From the NCBI GenBank assembly GCA_964291295.2, contig OZ219754.1, positions 2,560,001 through 2,624,000 on the forward strand: DNA of 64,000 nt, in the 5' to 3' direction. Under the pieces are notes generated by a model. It worked only from the letters and a program-made list of their open reading frames with translations, was not told where the DNA came from and made no database searches. This DNA is from an uncultured Candidatus Binatia bacterium (GTDB lineage: Bacteria > Desulfobacterota > Binatia > UBA9968 > JAJDTQ01). Both the position numbers and the translations under genes were made by a program. Positions 39,272 to 48,967 of the stretch are shown one piece after another (within the stretch, counting starts at the first letter, position 1; each line of letters starts with the position of its first letter).

Positions 39272-40576
39272 TCACGGCTTGAAATGGATACGGTCCCGGG
39301 TGGCCTCGACCCATGCCTCGTCCCGTGGGAGCCGGACGGAGGCGGCGCGCACGCGGTGAAGCCCGGGATCCAGCCCGGGCGGCTCCCCGTGCCCCTGCCG
39401 CAGCATCCGGGCCGAGTCGATGAGGCACTTGCGAACCCGGATGATGGCGGTGTCGCTGGTGCCCAGGCGCTCGCGGGTACGGTCGAAGATCGGCCCCTGG
39501 CTTTCGGTCATGGCGCGGTCCTGCATGCCGAAACCCGGTATGCCGCAGAACATGCGGGTGCGGTGCGCCTCCCAGTCCATGCGATAGTCATCGGCCCGGT
39601 TGGCCGCGGGGCGGACATCGCCGTAAGGTCCGTTCGTGGCAGGTCCGAACTCCGTGATGTGCGCGCTCATTCCGGCGTTGAACGAGGCCAGCTCCTCCTC
39701 CTTCAGCGGGCGTTCGGGATGCCAGGTGATGGTCCAGTTGATCAGGTGCCCGTCGTCCGCCGGAACCCAGGCATGAGAGTGCAGGACAGGGTCCTCATCC
39801 TGCGGCGGCGGCATGGTGTAGAACGGCATCAGGAACTGCGTGATGCGCCAGTAATACCGGTCCCCCTCGATGTCGCGCCGCGCCCCGATCATGACGCCGT
39901 ACTCGGTGTCCACCACCTCGAACCGCGGGCTTCGGTCCGTGGTCCCCACCGCGGTGTCCACGCCGAAGCCGGCCCGCTCGATGTTCTCCAGCGACGCGCG
40001 GTCCGCCGAACTCAGCGGGGCGTGCAGGAAGGAGATGTGGCTCGAATCGATGCCCCCCTCCAGGGCCTGGAAGTAGTTGCTGTCCTGGTAGTACTTGGAG
40101 ATGAACCGCTGGTTGTCGGGGAGGTGCAGCCACTCGAAGTCCGGCAGGTCGGTCATCCGGGCGGAATCGCCCATGAACGCCCAGACGATGCCGCCGCGCT
40201 CCCGGCAAGGGTAGGCGGGGTGCCTCACCGCATGCTTGAAGTCGGTTTCGGGCGCCTCGTTGGGCATCTCCAGGCACCGGCCGTCCAGGCCGTACTTCCA
40301 GCCGTGATAGCAGCAGCGAAGGCCCTCCTGCTCCACGCGGCCGAAATAGAGGGAAACGCGCCGGTGCGAGCAGAACTCGCCCAGCAGCCCCGCGTCGCCC
40401 CGGGAGGTGCGAAAGGCCACCATGCTTTCGCCCAGTATCCGCACCCGCCGGGTGCGCCCCCCGGCCTCCAGTTCGCCGGACAGCACCACCGGCACCCAAT
40501 ACCGACGCATCAGGTCGCCCATGGGCGTGCCCGATCCTGTCCTCACAAGAATCTCGTTGTCTTCCCTGGTCAGCAT
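39272..40576 (-). CDS. Rieske non-heme iron oxygenase large subunit (phthalate dioxygenase/LigXa-like)
   Basis: CSHR...CCYHGW Rieske motif, EGGIDSSHISFLH, QDRAMTESQG. Confidence 0.93.
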   Translation of the reverse strand: MLTREDNEILVRTGSGTPMGDLMRRYWVPVVLSGELEAGGRTRRVRILGESMVAFRTSRGDAGLLGEFCSHRRVSLYFGRVEQEGLRCCYHGWKYGLDGRCLEMPNEAPETDFKHAVRHPAYPCRERGGIVWAFMGDSARMTDLPDFEWLHLPDNQRFISKYYQDSNYFQALEGGIDSSHISFLHAPLSSADRASLENIERAGFGVDTAVGTTDRSPRFEVVDTEYGVMIGARRDIEGDRYYWRITQFLMPFYTMPPPQDEDPVLHSHAWVPADDGHLINWTITWHPERPLKEEELASFNAGMSAHITEFGPATNGPYGDVRPAANRADDYRMDWEAHRTRMFCGIPGFGMQDRAMTESQGPIFDRTRERLGTSDTAIIRVRKCLIDSARMLRQGHGEPPGLDPGLHRVRAASVRLPRDEAWVEATRDRIHFKP

Positions 40577-40903
40577 GCCGTCCCCGATGCGCTCGTGGTT
40601 GTTCGCAGCCCTGAAAAACTACAATCGGGGCTCCGTTCGTGTCAAGCTGACCGCAGTGTATCCGCTCGGGCCTTGATTCACCGCGCGGCCCGTGCGCGCA
40701 AGAAGCGCCCGAGTTCGAGGCCCCGATCGGTTCCGTTGCGGTCCGATGAACCGCGAGTCCGTTTCCTGCCAGGGACGTGCGCCATGATGCATTGACACTC
40801 GGTATTCGGCTGAGGTAGCCTCCGAAAGTTGCGGGTGCAGGGCGGGATGATCTCGCGTTGCATCTTCCCACCGACCCACCATTCCTCAACCCGGAGTTGG
40901 ACC

Positions 40904-41440
40904 GTGAGCGAAAGCGATCAAAAACTGGCGATTTTGAAGGACGAAGTCCATGTCCAGTTCAGGGCGGCGGTGGAAGAATTGCGGAGGGATCATCCCAAGG
41001 TGGTTGAAGGCGCCGCCGCCGCGGTGGGCGCAACGCTGGGCGGCTCCGTGTCACTGACAGCCCTGGTTTTCGGAGGTTCGGTGACAGGACTTTCGGCCGC
41101 CGGGATCACCTCGGGACTGGCCGCCATCGGAGCCGTGGTTGGTGGCGGGATGGCGGCGGGGGTATTCGTTCTGGCGGCTCCCGTTGCCGCGCTGGCGGTT
41201 ACGGGATACGCGGTCGCCAAGCGGCATCGGAACGCCCGGCTGGCCGCGTCGCTGCGCCAGGCGATAGAGAGGCTCCACCGAATCCAGGAGAGACTCGTCG
41301 ACAATGCCGAATATTTCAAAGAGGAACTGGCCGAGATCAAGGCCTACATCGACGTGTTCGAAAGCCGAATGCCGTCCGGACCGCGCAACCTCATCCCGCG
41401 ACGAACAATCCGACCTGAAAGCGGCAAGGCATCTGTCTGA
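40904..41440 (+). CDS. Hypothetical protein with long Gly/Ala hydrophobic hairpin and C-terminal coiled coil
   Basis: GTG start after GGAG; ~70-aa AVGATLGG...GLSAAGITSGLAAIGAVVGGGMAAG segment. Confidence 0.75.
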   Translation: MSESDQKLAILKDEVHVQFRAAVEELRRDHPKVVEGAAAAVGATLGGSVSLTALVFGGSVTGLSAAGITSGLAAIGAVVGGGMAAGVFVLAAPVAALAVTGYAVAKRHRNARLAASLRQAIERLHRIQERLVDNAEYFKEELAEIKAYIDVFESRMPSGPRNLIPRRTIRPESGKASV

Positions 41441-42794
41441 AGCGACCCTTCGACTGGAAGGCCAGCACGCCCGGATCGACAGGGAGATTCGTACCACAAA
41501 GGAGCGCCTGATCGCCCTCGGACGAGTGGACTCCGAGTCGCACTTCTTCGCCGAGAGAAGGCAAACTCATCTGGATGCCATGGAGGCGTCGACCGGGAGC
41601 CCGACTGCAACCGTCGCGGACCTCTACGAGGCGGCGGAAAAGGCCTGTCCCGAACCCGTTGACGCAGAGGATGTTCTGACAGAAGAGGATCGCAAGCAGG
41701 TCGACATACGGATCGCAAGATATATCGACGACTTCAATGCGCGCCATGGACTCGATGTTTGGGACTACGCCATCGCGGGCGGGGCGGGCCTCCTGGGGGC
41801 GATGCTGGACCTGCTTTGCGTGAATGCGCCTGCCAAACCCACCCTCGCATGGACGGCGAAGGTCGATGGTCTGTTCAATCAGGCCGTTCAGGTTGCATTC
41901 AAGCGTCTCCTGCCGCCGGAGGTGAGCGCGGCCCTGGCCAGGGCCAACAAGGTCGGAAGCGCCGACGCCAGCACCATCGCCAGGTTGATCGGCGCACCTC
42001 CGCGTACGCTGAACCCGCGCAACCATCGCCTGCGGTCCCTGTCCCACGATCCCGTCCTGGGCCTGTTGTTCGGGATCATCGATATGACTCGTGGAACGTG
42101 CACGGTTGTCGGCGACCGGGGCATCGAAGTGTTCCAGGGGACGGACGCCCCGATGACCGAGGGTTTTTTCGCTTCCCTCGGGCGCATGTTCGGGCATCTG
42201 CTCTCCGCCGCCGCCGCCCCTTCGCAACATGACAATCGAGGCATGGGCCTGCCCGCGCCGTTCATGGGCATCCTGCGGATGTTCCATGACCTCCCCATTG
42301 GCGGGTCGGACTTGGGCAGGCAGGTCGAGTACATGTATGTCAACGGCTACGACTTCCGGCAGTTCGTCACCACAAGCATTCCCGCACTGATCCTGGAAGT
42401 GGTGATGCGTGTGCTCTACGGCGTCAAGCAGGTCAAACTGGCAGGACAGCCGCTCGGTCACGCCCTGCTTGAAACCATGCCGGCCCGAATGAATCCGCGT
42501 TTCCGGCTGATGCTCGCCCTGGGTTACGGCTGTCTGGCCGCCGTGAATGGGGGCCGCGTCTACCTCACAAAGAACATCATGAATCTCAACGATGCCGCGT
42601 GGATGGGCTTTGTCTGGCACGGCTTCCATGCCGCAAGGTGGGTTTTGCTGGATAGAGGCCTGAAGATCTGGAACGAGATCGAGCGGCAAGAGGCGGCGGT
42701 TCTCGAAGAAACGGTGAAACGCATCGAAGTGCTCGAGTCTCGGGCGGAGCGATTGCCGGTGAGAGCACCGCAAGGGATCGTTCCCGGAGAGTAG
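41304..42794 (+). CDS. Hypothetical helical/membrane-associated protein (start uncertain)
   Basis: 496-aa ORF with coding-like composition; LDVWDYAIAG, HRLRSLSHDP, GHLLS, GMGLPAPFM; coiled coils at both ends. Confidence 0.75.
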   Translation: MPNISKRNWPRSRPTSTCSKAECRPDRATSSRDEQSDLKAARHLSEATLRLEGQHARIDREIRTTKERLIALGRVDSESHFFAERRQTHLDAMEASTGSPTATVADLYEAAEKACPEPVDAEDVLTEEDRKQVDIRIARYIDDFNARHGLDVWDYAIAGGAGLLGAMLDLLCVNAPAKPTLAWTAKVDGLFNQAVQVAFKRLLPPEVSAALARANKVGSADASTIARLIGAPPRTLNPRNHRLRSLSHDPVLGLLFGIIDMTRGTCTVVGDRGIEVFQGTDAPMTEGFFASLGRMFGHLLSAAAAPSQHDNRGMGLPAPFMGILRMFHDLPIGGSDLGRQVEYMYVNGYDFRQFVTTSIPALILEVVMRVLYGVKQVKLAGQPLGHALLETMPARMNPRFRLMLALGYGCLAAVNGGRVYLTKNIMNLNDAAWMGFVWHGFHAARWVLLDRGLKIWNEIERQEAAVLEETVKRIEVLESRAERLPVRAPQGIVPGE

Positions 42795-43027
42795 TCCTCG
42801 TCCGTCTCGCCATTGTCCGGCAGCGTGTTCGCGAACGTTGTTCAATCGTGCCCGAGTCGCCTCCGGTTCGAGCCGGGATGCCCTCGGCGAACAGACCTCG
42901 CAGTGCCGCGGACAGGTCGGCCGGTGCGAGAGCGGGTTGATCCGAACCTGTTTGCAGGGGCCGGTTCGCTCGGGAGGTTGATGGCGGCATGCACAGGACG
43001 AGGCGTCGTTTGTCAGGGAGGCTCGGT

Positions 43028-43546
43028 ATGGATGGTGGCTTCTGGTTCATGTTCGCGGCCAGCATCGTTGTGGCCGCGTTCGTGATTCGTTCGTACGGCG
43101 TCGAGCACGCGCTGGAGGGTTTTTCGAATGGCGGTCGGCTGCTGATGGCCACGCTTCCGAAGATGATCTTCGCCTTCGCGGTGGCGGGTCTGATCCAGGT
43201 CATCATCCCCACCGACCTGGTCTCGCAGTGGATCGGCGAGGGTTCCGGCGTGCGCGGGCTCATGATCGGCACCGGGGCCGGGGCGTTTACCCCGGGAGGG
43301 CCGATGATGCATTTCCCCATTGTCGCTTCCCTGATGGCTTCGGGCGCCGGTGCCGGTCCCATCATCGCCTATCTGACGTCGTGGTCGCTCATCGGCTTCC
43401 ACCGGCTCATCATCTGGGAGATTCCCATACTGGGTCTGGAGATAACGGCGGTCCGATTCGCGGCCAGTCTCGTGTTGCCGCCGTTCGTGGGCTTCGTGGG
43501 CGGCCTCCTCTTCCACAGCCTCCCTGGCAGGGTGCCTGGTCCCTGA
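43028..43546 (+). CDS. Small permease (ArsP/DUF318-like half)
   Basis: Multiple hydrophobic helices; IP..LVSQWIG..SG, TPGGP. Confidence 0.75.
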   Translation: MDGGFWFMFAASIVVAAFVIRSYGVEHALEGFSNGGRLLMATLPKMIFAFAVAGLIQVIIPTDLVSQWIGEGSGVRGLMIGTGAGAFTPGGPMMHFPIVASLMASGAGAGPIIAYLTSWSLIGFHRLIIWEIPILGLEITAVRFAASLVLPPFVGFVGGLLFHSLPGRVPGP

Positions 43547-43562
43547 CCGGCCATCCGGGGCT

Positions 43563-45167
43563 TCAGCACGCGGGCTCCTCGCCCTTGACCAGATCGATCT
43601 CCCACGACAGATAGCGTTCCATGTCCTCTCGGGACTTTCCGAGGGCGCCGCTCCACACGCTGTGGCCGAAGTCCGCCTGCGCGTCCTCGATGGAGACTCC
43701 GGTGCCGTCCAGGCCGTCCTGCAACGCGAGACCGCTGCGTTCCCATGCCCCGGTCCCGCCCTGGAGTACCCGGACGTCGCGGTAACCCAGATGCCGCAGG
43801 GTGGCCGCCGCCAGCGTCGACCGGGTGGTGTCGTCGCACACCAGCGCCAGGGGCGGAGCCCTGTCCGGCACCATCCGCCCGATGTCCAGTTCCAGGCGCC
43901 CGCGGGGAAGCCACCGGGTGCCGGGAATGTGAGCGAAACCGTATTCCCCGATGCTGCGGACGTCCAATGCGGGCAACGATGACGCGATGTGGGCCCGCAG
44001 CGCCGCCGCGTCGATGAAGGCGGCCCGGGCCTGCGCCTCCGCCAAGCCGAAGACCGCGGGCTCCGGCGCGCCCCGTTCCAGTTCGAGGCCGGCCGCGGCC
44101 CACTGCCGCAATCCGCCGTCGAGGACCGCGGCGTTGCGGAAGCCCAGCTGCCGCAGCAGGGCGGCGGCCCAGACCGGCCGCAGGTCGTCGTCCGAGACCA
44201 CGAACACGGGTGCCGCGCGCACCGCCAGGAAGTTCTCGTGGGCCAGCGCCATCTGCCCCAGCGGCAGCGAGATGGAGTGCGGCAGGTGGCCGGTCTCGTA
44301 CTCCTCGGGAAGCCGCACGTCGAGAAGGTAGAACGGTTGGCCGGACTCCCGGACGGCGCGGAAGTCGGCGCGCGTGCAGCGGCGGATGCCTTCCTTCGCG
44401 GCGAGCGCCTCGGTGGCTTTGCGGATCCGGGCGGAACGGTTCGGCGAAGACGAACCGGGCACCGCCTCGCCCGGCCCGGTGGCGATTTCGCCGCCGGCCA
44501 GGAACCAGCCCATGACGCCGTTCTCCAGGGCGTACACGTGGGTGAAGCCGTTGTCGCGCAACAGTTTCGCGCCCAGGATGCCGCGTGTCCGGCCGGCGCA
44601 GCTCACCACCAGCGTCGTCTCCTCCGCCAGCGGCAGCCGCGGTGCGTCCAGCAGAAGGTTCCCGCCCGGGATGTGGTAGGTTCCGGGCACGTGGCCCCGC
44701 AGGTACTCTTCCCGCGAGCGCACGTCCACCACCACCACGTCGTCGCCGGCCTTGCACCGCCGGGCCAGCTCCACCGCGCTCATGTGGGTGACATTCTCCT
44801 GGTGGGCCACGCGTTCGCCGTATTCCTTGCCGTGTACGCCCCAGCCCGAGCGCACCGGCAGACCCTGGCACTGCCACGCCTCAAGGCCGCCGGCGAGGAC
44901 GCGGACGTGGTTGTAGCCCATGTGCGCCAGCGTCGCCGCCGCCAGTTCGCTGCGGCGTCCATCGTCGCAGCAGACCACGACGGGAATCCGCCGGTCCGGT
45001 ACCATCGCCGGCAGCCGTATCTCCAGGGCGCCGCGATGGACCGGGCTGGTGCCGGCGATCTGCGCCCGTGCGAACTCGCCGCGTTCGCGCACGTCGATGC
45101 AGGCGTGGAGGGTGTCCGAGGCCAGCAGGGCCGCGGTGGCCAGGGGGTCGATGGATGGGATGCTCAA
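43563..45167 (-). CDS. Multi-rhodanese-domain sulfurtransferase (four domains)
   Basis: Four DVR..E(F/Y)...H.PG-like repeats, SCAGRTRG active-site loop, L.GG..AW. Confidence 0.9.
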   Translation of the reverse strand: MSIPSIDPLATAALLASDTLHACIDVRERGEFARAQIAGTSPVHRGALEIRLPAMVPDRRIPVVVCCDDGRRSELAAATLAHMGYNHVRVLAGGLEAWQCQGLPVRSGWGVHGKEYGERVAHQENVTHMSAVELARRCKAGDDVVVVDVRSREEYLRGHVPGTYHIPGGNLLLDAPRLPLAEETTLVVSCAGRTRGILGAKLLRDNGFTHVYALENGVMGWFLAGGEIATGPGEAVPGSSSPNRSARIRKATEALAAKEGIRRCTRADFRAVRESGQPFYLLDVRLPEEYETGHLPHSISLPLGQMALAHENFLAVRAAPVFVVSDDDLRPVWAAALLRQLGFRNAAVLDGGLRQWAAAGLELERGAPEPAVFGLAEAQARAAFIDAAALRAHIASSLPALDVRSIGEYGFAHIPGTRWLPRGRLELDIGRMVPDRAPPLALVCDDTTRSTLAAATLRHLGYRDVRVLQGGTGAWERSGLALQDGLDGTGVSIEDAQADFGHSVWSGALGKSREDMERYLSWEIDLVKGEEPAC

Positions 45168-45326
45168 GTGTGTCTCCCTTGCCGGGGGATTCTCTCCGCA
45201 ATGCGAATCCGTCCAGGTGAACGTTCCGACCCCTGCGTGGGGTGCCCGGCCCGAGCCGTGCGGGTTCGAGGTTCAGTTCCGGTATTCGGGATCCCGTTCC
45301 GGTATCACCACGCCGCCGGTGTATTC

Positions 45327-45360
45327 GAGCACCGTCTTCCCGGGAGCACCGTCTTCCCGG
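45327..45360. repeat. Perfect 17-bp tandem duplication (GAGCACCGTCTTCCCGG x2)
   Basis: 45327-45343 is identical to 45344-45360. Confidence 0.88.
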
Positions 45361-45766
45361 CGGCGGGTCCGACCCGCCGCGGTTCGGCGGCGGGTATAGC
45401 AACACCCACATGCGGAGTAAAGTACGCACGCGGCAACGTCGTCGGGGCATTCGCCGGCGCGCGGCCGTCGTTCGGATAGTGCCGGGACAAGCCGGCGCCC
45501 CGGCCCCGTGCCCGTCGGGGGAGGGGGTGTGACCCGTTCAGGGCGAAACGGGCACTGGATACGTTGACATGCGCGGGCACATGTTTCTAACCTGAGGGAA
45601 GGGGAGACTCGTCCACCGGCGTGTTGCGGACTCGTCCGGTGTCTCCCGCGCGCCGTGGATCTCCCTCGTTCCGATCCTTTCCGGACTCCCGCTGCCGCCG
45701 GAACGACGGCACGAGGGAGTGACAGCGTTTCACGGCAAGGTGATTTCACGGCAAGGAGTTGTCAAG

Positions 45767-46759
45767 ATGGCTGCAGCGACGACACTGAGTCGCCATATCG
45801 GCGCGGAAGGGAGTTGGCGCAAGGACGGGGCGGAGGATCTGCGCGCACTGCTGGAGCCGATGGCGCTGGCCGGAAAACGGCTCGCCCGGGAGATCGATCG
45901 GGCCGCGCTCGCCGGCAAGCTGGGACTGGCGGGTGACCGGAACGCCACCGGCGACGTGCAGAAGAAGCTCGACGTCATCGGCAACGAGATCGTAGTGGAC
46001 GCATTCTCGGGCGGTGGCCCGGTGGCAGGCATCGCGTCGGAGGAGCTGGACGAGGTGGTGGCGACGCGCACCTCGGACGACGCCCGGTATCTGTTGTGCA
46101 CGGACCCTCTGGACGGTTCGTCCAATACCGATGTGAACGCCCCGCTGGGGACGATCTTCGGGTTTCTCCGGCGCCGCCGGACCGGGGAACTCTTCGGCGA
46201 GGAGTTCCTGCAGAAGGGCACCGAACTCGTGTGCGCCGGTTATGTGCTGTACGGTACCAGCACGGTGCTGGTCTACACCGTGGGCGCCGGCGTCCATGGA
46301 TTCACCCTGGACAAGGGGGTGGGAGAGTTCATCCTCACCCACGACGATATCCGCTGTCCGGAGAGGGGTGTCGTCTACAGCGCCAACGTCGGCCGCCACA
46401 AGGGCTGGCAGCCCGGGGTCCGGAAGTTCCTGGATCACGTCACGGACAACGACGGCTCCAGCGGCAGACCCCACTCCCTGAGGTACACCGGCGCCCTGGT
46501 GGCGGATCTGCACCGCTGTCTGCTGGACGGCGGCCTCTACTTCTATCCCGGCGATACCGGCAGCCCGGACGGCAAGCTGCGCCTGCTCTACGAGTGCGCG
46601 CCGCTGGCCTGCGTGGCGGAACAGGCCGGGGGCACCGCCAGCACGGGCCGGGGACGGTTGCTGGAGGTCACGCCGCAGGCCATCCATCAACGCACGCCCA
46701 TGGCCATCGGCAGCGCCGAGAACGTCGCGCTCTACGAGCGGTTCATGGCGGAGGAATGA
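45767..46759 (+). CDS. fbp: Class 1 fructose-1,6-bisphosphatase
   Basis: QKKLDV, SEE, DPLDGSSN, RYTGALVAD, GKLRLLYEC. Confidence 0.95.
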   Translation: MAAATTLSRHIGAEGSWRKDGAEDLRALLEPMALAGKRLAREIDRAALAGKLGLAGDRNATGDVQKKLDVIGNEIVVDAFSGGGPVAGIASEELDEVVATRTSDDARYLLCTDPLDGSSNTDVNAPLGTIFGFLRRRRTGELFGEEFLQKGTELVCAGYVLYGTSTVLVYTVGAGVHGFTLDKGVGEFILTHDDIRCPERGVVYSANVGRHKGWQPGVRKFLDHVTDNDGSSGRPHSLRYTGALVADLHRCLLDGGLYFYPGDTGSPDGKLRLLYECAPLACVAEQAGGTASTGRGRLLEVTPQAIHQRTPMAIGSAENVALYERFMAEE

Positions 46760-46781
46760 GTTCGCACGAGGAGGACGAGTG

Positions 46782-47705
46782 ATGACCGAGCGTGTACGAG
46801 AGATTCTGAGCTGGTACGGCAGCGACAACCCCGGGACCCTGACGAATCTGGCCCGGCTGCTCAACCACGGGCGACTCGGCGGCACCGGCAGGTTCGTGAT
46901 CCTGCCCGTGGACCAGGGTTTCGAGCACGGTCCGGCGCGGAGCTTCGCGCCCAACCCCGCGGGCTATGACCCGCGCTACCACTTCGAGTTGGCTCTGGAA
47001 GCGAGCTGCAACGCGTACGCCGCGCCGCTGGGCTTTCTGGAGGCCGGCGCCCGGGAGTTTGCCGGTGAGATCCCGCTCATCCTGAAGCTCAACAACCACG
47101 ATCTCCTGAACGACGAGAGGGATCCGACCCAGGCCGTCACCTCCAGCGTGGAGGATGCGCTGCGTCTGGGGTGCGTGGCCGTGGGCTTCACCATCTATCC
47201 CGGCTCGGAGCATCGCTTCGCGATGTACGAGCAGGTCCGCGCCATCGCCAGGGAGGCCAAGCGCAACGGCCTGGTGGTGGTGATCTGGTCCTATCCCCGG
47301 GGCTCGGGGCTGAGCAAGGCTGGCGAGGCGGCGGTCGATGTGTGCGCCTATGCCGCGCAGATCGCCGCCCAGTTGGGAGCGCACGTCATCAAGGTCAAGT
47401 TTCCCGGGGAAAACATCGAGCAGGAGGCGGCGCGCAAGGTCTACGAGAAGGAGGGCGTGCCCATCGCCGATCCGGCGGACCGCATTCGCCACGTGGTGCA
47501 GTCGGCCTTCGACGGCCGGCGTATCGTCATCTTCTCGGGCGGCCCCGCCACCTCCGACGAGGCCTTGCTCGCCGAGATCCGGGCCATTCACCGGGGGGGC
47601 GGCTTCGGCTCCATCATCGGCCGCAATTCGTTTCAGCGAAGCAAGCCCGACGCCCTTGCGCTGCTCCACCAGGTGATGCGGATCTATGCCGGGGAGGCGG
47701 TGTAG
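46782..47705 (+). CDS. fbaB: Class I fructose-bisphosphate aldolase (DhnA/FbaB type)
   Basis: ILPVDQGFEHGP, TIYPGS, WSYPRG, VIKVK, IGRNSFQR. Confidence 0.92.
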   Translation: MTERVREILSWYGSDNPGTLTNLARLLNHGRLGGTGRFVILPVDQGFEHGPARSFAPNPAGYDPRYHFELALEASCNAYAAPLGFLEAGAREFAGEIPLILKLNNHDLLNDERDPTQAVTSSVEDALRLGCVAVGFTIYPGSEHRFAMYEQVRAIAREAKRNGLVVVIWSYPRGSGLSKAGEAAVDVCAYAAQIAAQLGAHVIKVKFPGENIEQEAARKVYEKEGVPIADPADRIRHVVQSAFDGRRIVIFSGGPATSDEALLAEIRAIHRGGGFGSIIGRNSFQRSKPDALALLHQVMRIYAGEAV

Positions 47706-47770
47706 GGGCCTGCCCGGCGCCCGTGCCGCGGGGTTGCGGCACGGGCCTCTCCGTGCTAACCGTTTCCGCC

Positions 47771-47941
47771 ATGCCTCTTCAGAGAATCATGGAGATCAAG
47801 CGCCGGCGCCGGCGGCGCAAGAGTCTGGCAAAGCTGCGCGTGAAGCTTCAGGGAGCCAGGACCGAACAGGCTCGCAGCAAGGTACTGAACAAGGCCTTCA
47901 AGATCTCTCCCGGAGCCGTTCTGGATCTGTCCGGGGACTGA
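47771..47941 (+). CDS. Small basic protein (DUF6800-like), 56 aa
   Basis: MPLQRIMEIKRRRRRRKSLAKLRVKL...KISP; it is the tail of the 47171 ORF with its own ATG. Confidence 0.65.
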   Translation: MPLQRIMEIKRRRRRRKSLAKLRVKLQGARTEQARSKVLNKAFKISPGAVLDLSGD

Positions 47942-47965
47942 CCCGTCCCCACGTGCCCGGTCCTC

Positions 47966-48967
47966 TCAGGGTTTGCGCCCGATGACCAGCGATGAGGTCA
48001 GGGGGAGTGCCAGTTCCACCCGGCCCGCGTCCGCCAGGCCGGCGGCGGCGAACCAGCCCCGGATCTCCTCAAGCGTGTAGCAACGCCCGCCCTCCGTCGT
48101 CAGGAGCATCAGCAGACTGAAAAGGGTGCCCGCGTCGGTTTCCGCCCGACTTCCATCCAGGATGTGGTCCTTGATGACCAGAAGTCCTCCCGAAACGAGC
48201 GACTTCGCCAGCTTTGCGAACAGGGCCTGATTCGTTGCCTCATCTTCGCCGTGTATGATGTTGGACAGGAAAACCACGTCGTAGCCCCGGGGAATGGCAT
48301 CGGTTCGGTAGTCTCCGGGCCTGCACTCGATGCGGTCCGCCACGTCGGATGCCCGGACGTGGCGCTCGGTGATGCGCAGGGTTCCCGGCAGGTCGTACAG
48401 GGTTGCGCGCAGCGCCGGATAGCGCCGGCACAGGGCGATGGCATAGGTGGCCGGTCCCGGTCCGACGTCCAGCAGCCGCCGCGAATCACCGAGGTCCAGG
48501 GCGCCGGCCGTGATTTCGGCGTCGCCGCGGGCTTTCACCAGGGAATCCATGGCGCCGATGAAGATGCCGGTCTCGTCCTCGTCCGCCTGGTACATGTCGG
48601 CGACGCGAGCGGGCCGTCCCGTGCGCACCGCCTCTTCCAGTTTGCCCCAGGCATTCCAGAGCAGCGCGTCGAAGCGGATCATGCCGGTGAAGTTCTTCGG
48701 CGCCGCACCGCGCAGGTAGGTCGCGGACAGATGGTTGAGACGATAGCGCGGGCCCACCTTGTCGAGCAGCCCCATGACCGCGAGTGCGTCCAGAAGCAGT
48801 CCGGTGGCGCGGGTTTCCGAGCCGATGCGGGTCGCCACCGTGACGGCGTCGGCGTCCTCCGCCGCGCCCAGCGCGTCGAACACGCCGAGTCCCACGGCCA
48901 CCTGCAGGATCCGCGCCTCAACGTAGCCGCCCGCGATCCCCGCGAGCCGGGCGAAACCGTCGCTCAT
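47966..48967 (-). CDS. O-methyltransferase (dimerisation + Methyltransf_2)
   Basis: LLDVGPGPA, YDLP, GDY, SNIIH; start MSDGF overlaps the upstream stop. Confidence 0.9.
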   Translation of the reverse strand: MSDGFARLAGIAGGYVEARILQVAVGLGVFDALGAAEDADAVTVATRIGSETRATGLLLDALAVMGLLDKVGPRYRLNHLSATYLRGAAPKNFTGMIRFDALLWNAWGKLEEAVRTGRPARVADMYQADEDETGIFIGAMDSLVKARGDAEITAGALDLGDSRRLLDVGPGPATYAIALCRRYPALRATLYDLPGTLRITERHVRASDVADRIECRPGDYRTDAIPRGYDVVFLSNIIHGEDEATNQALFAKLAKSLVSGGLLVIKDHILDGSRAETDAGTLFSLLMLLTTEGGRCYTLEEIRGWFAAAGLADAGRVELALPLTSSLVIGRKP

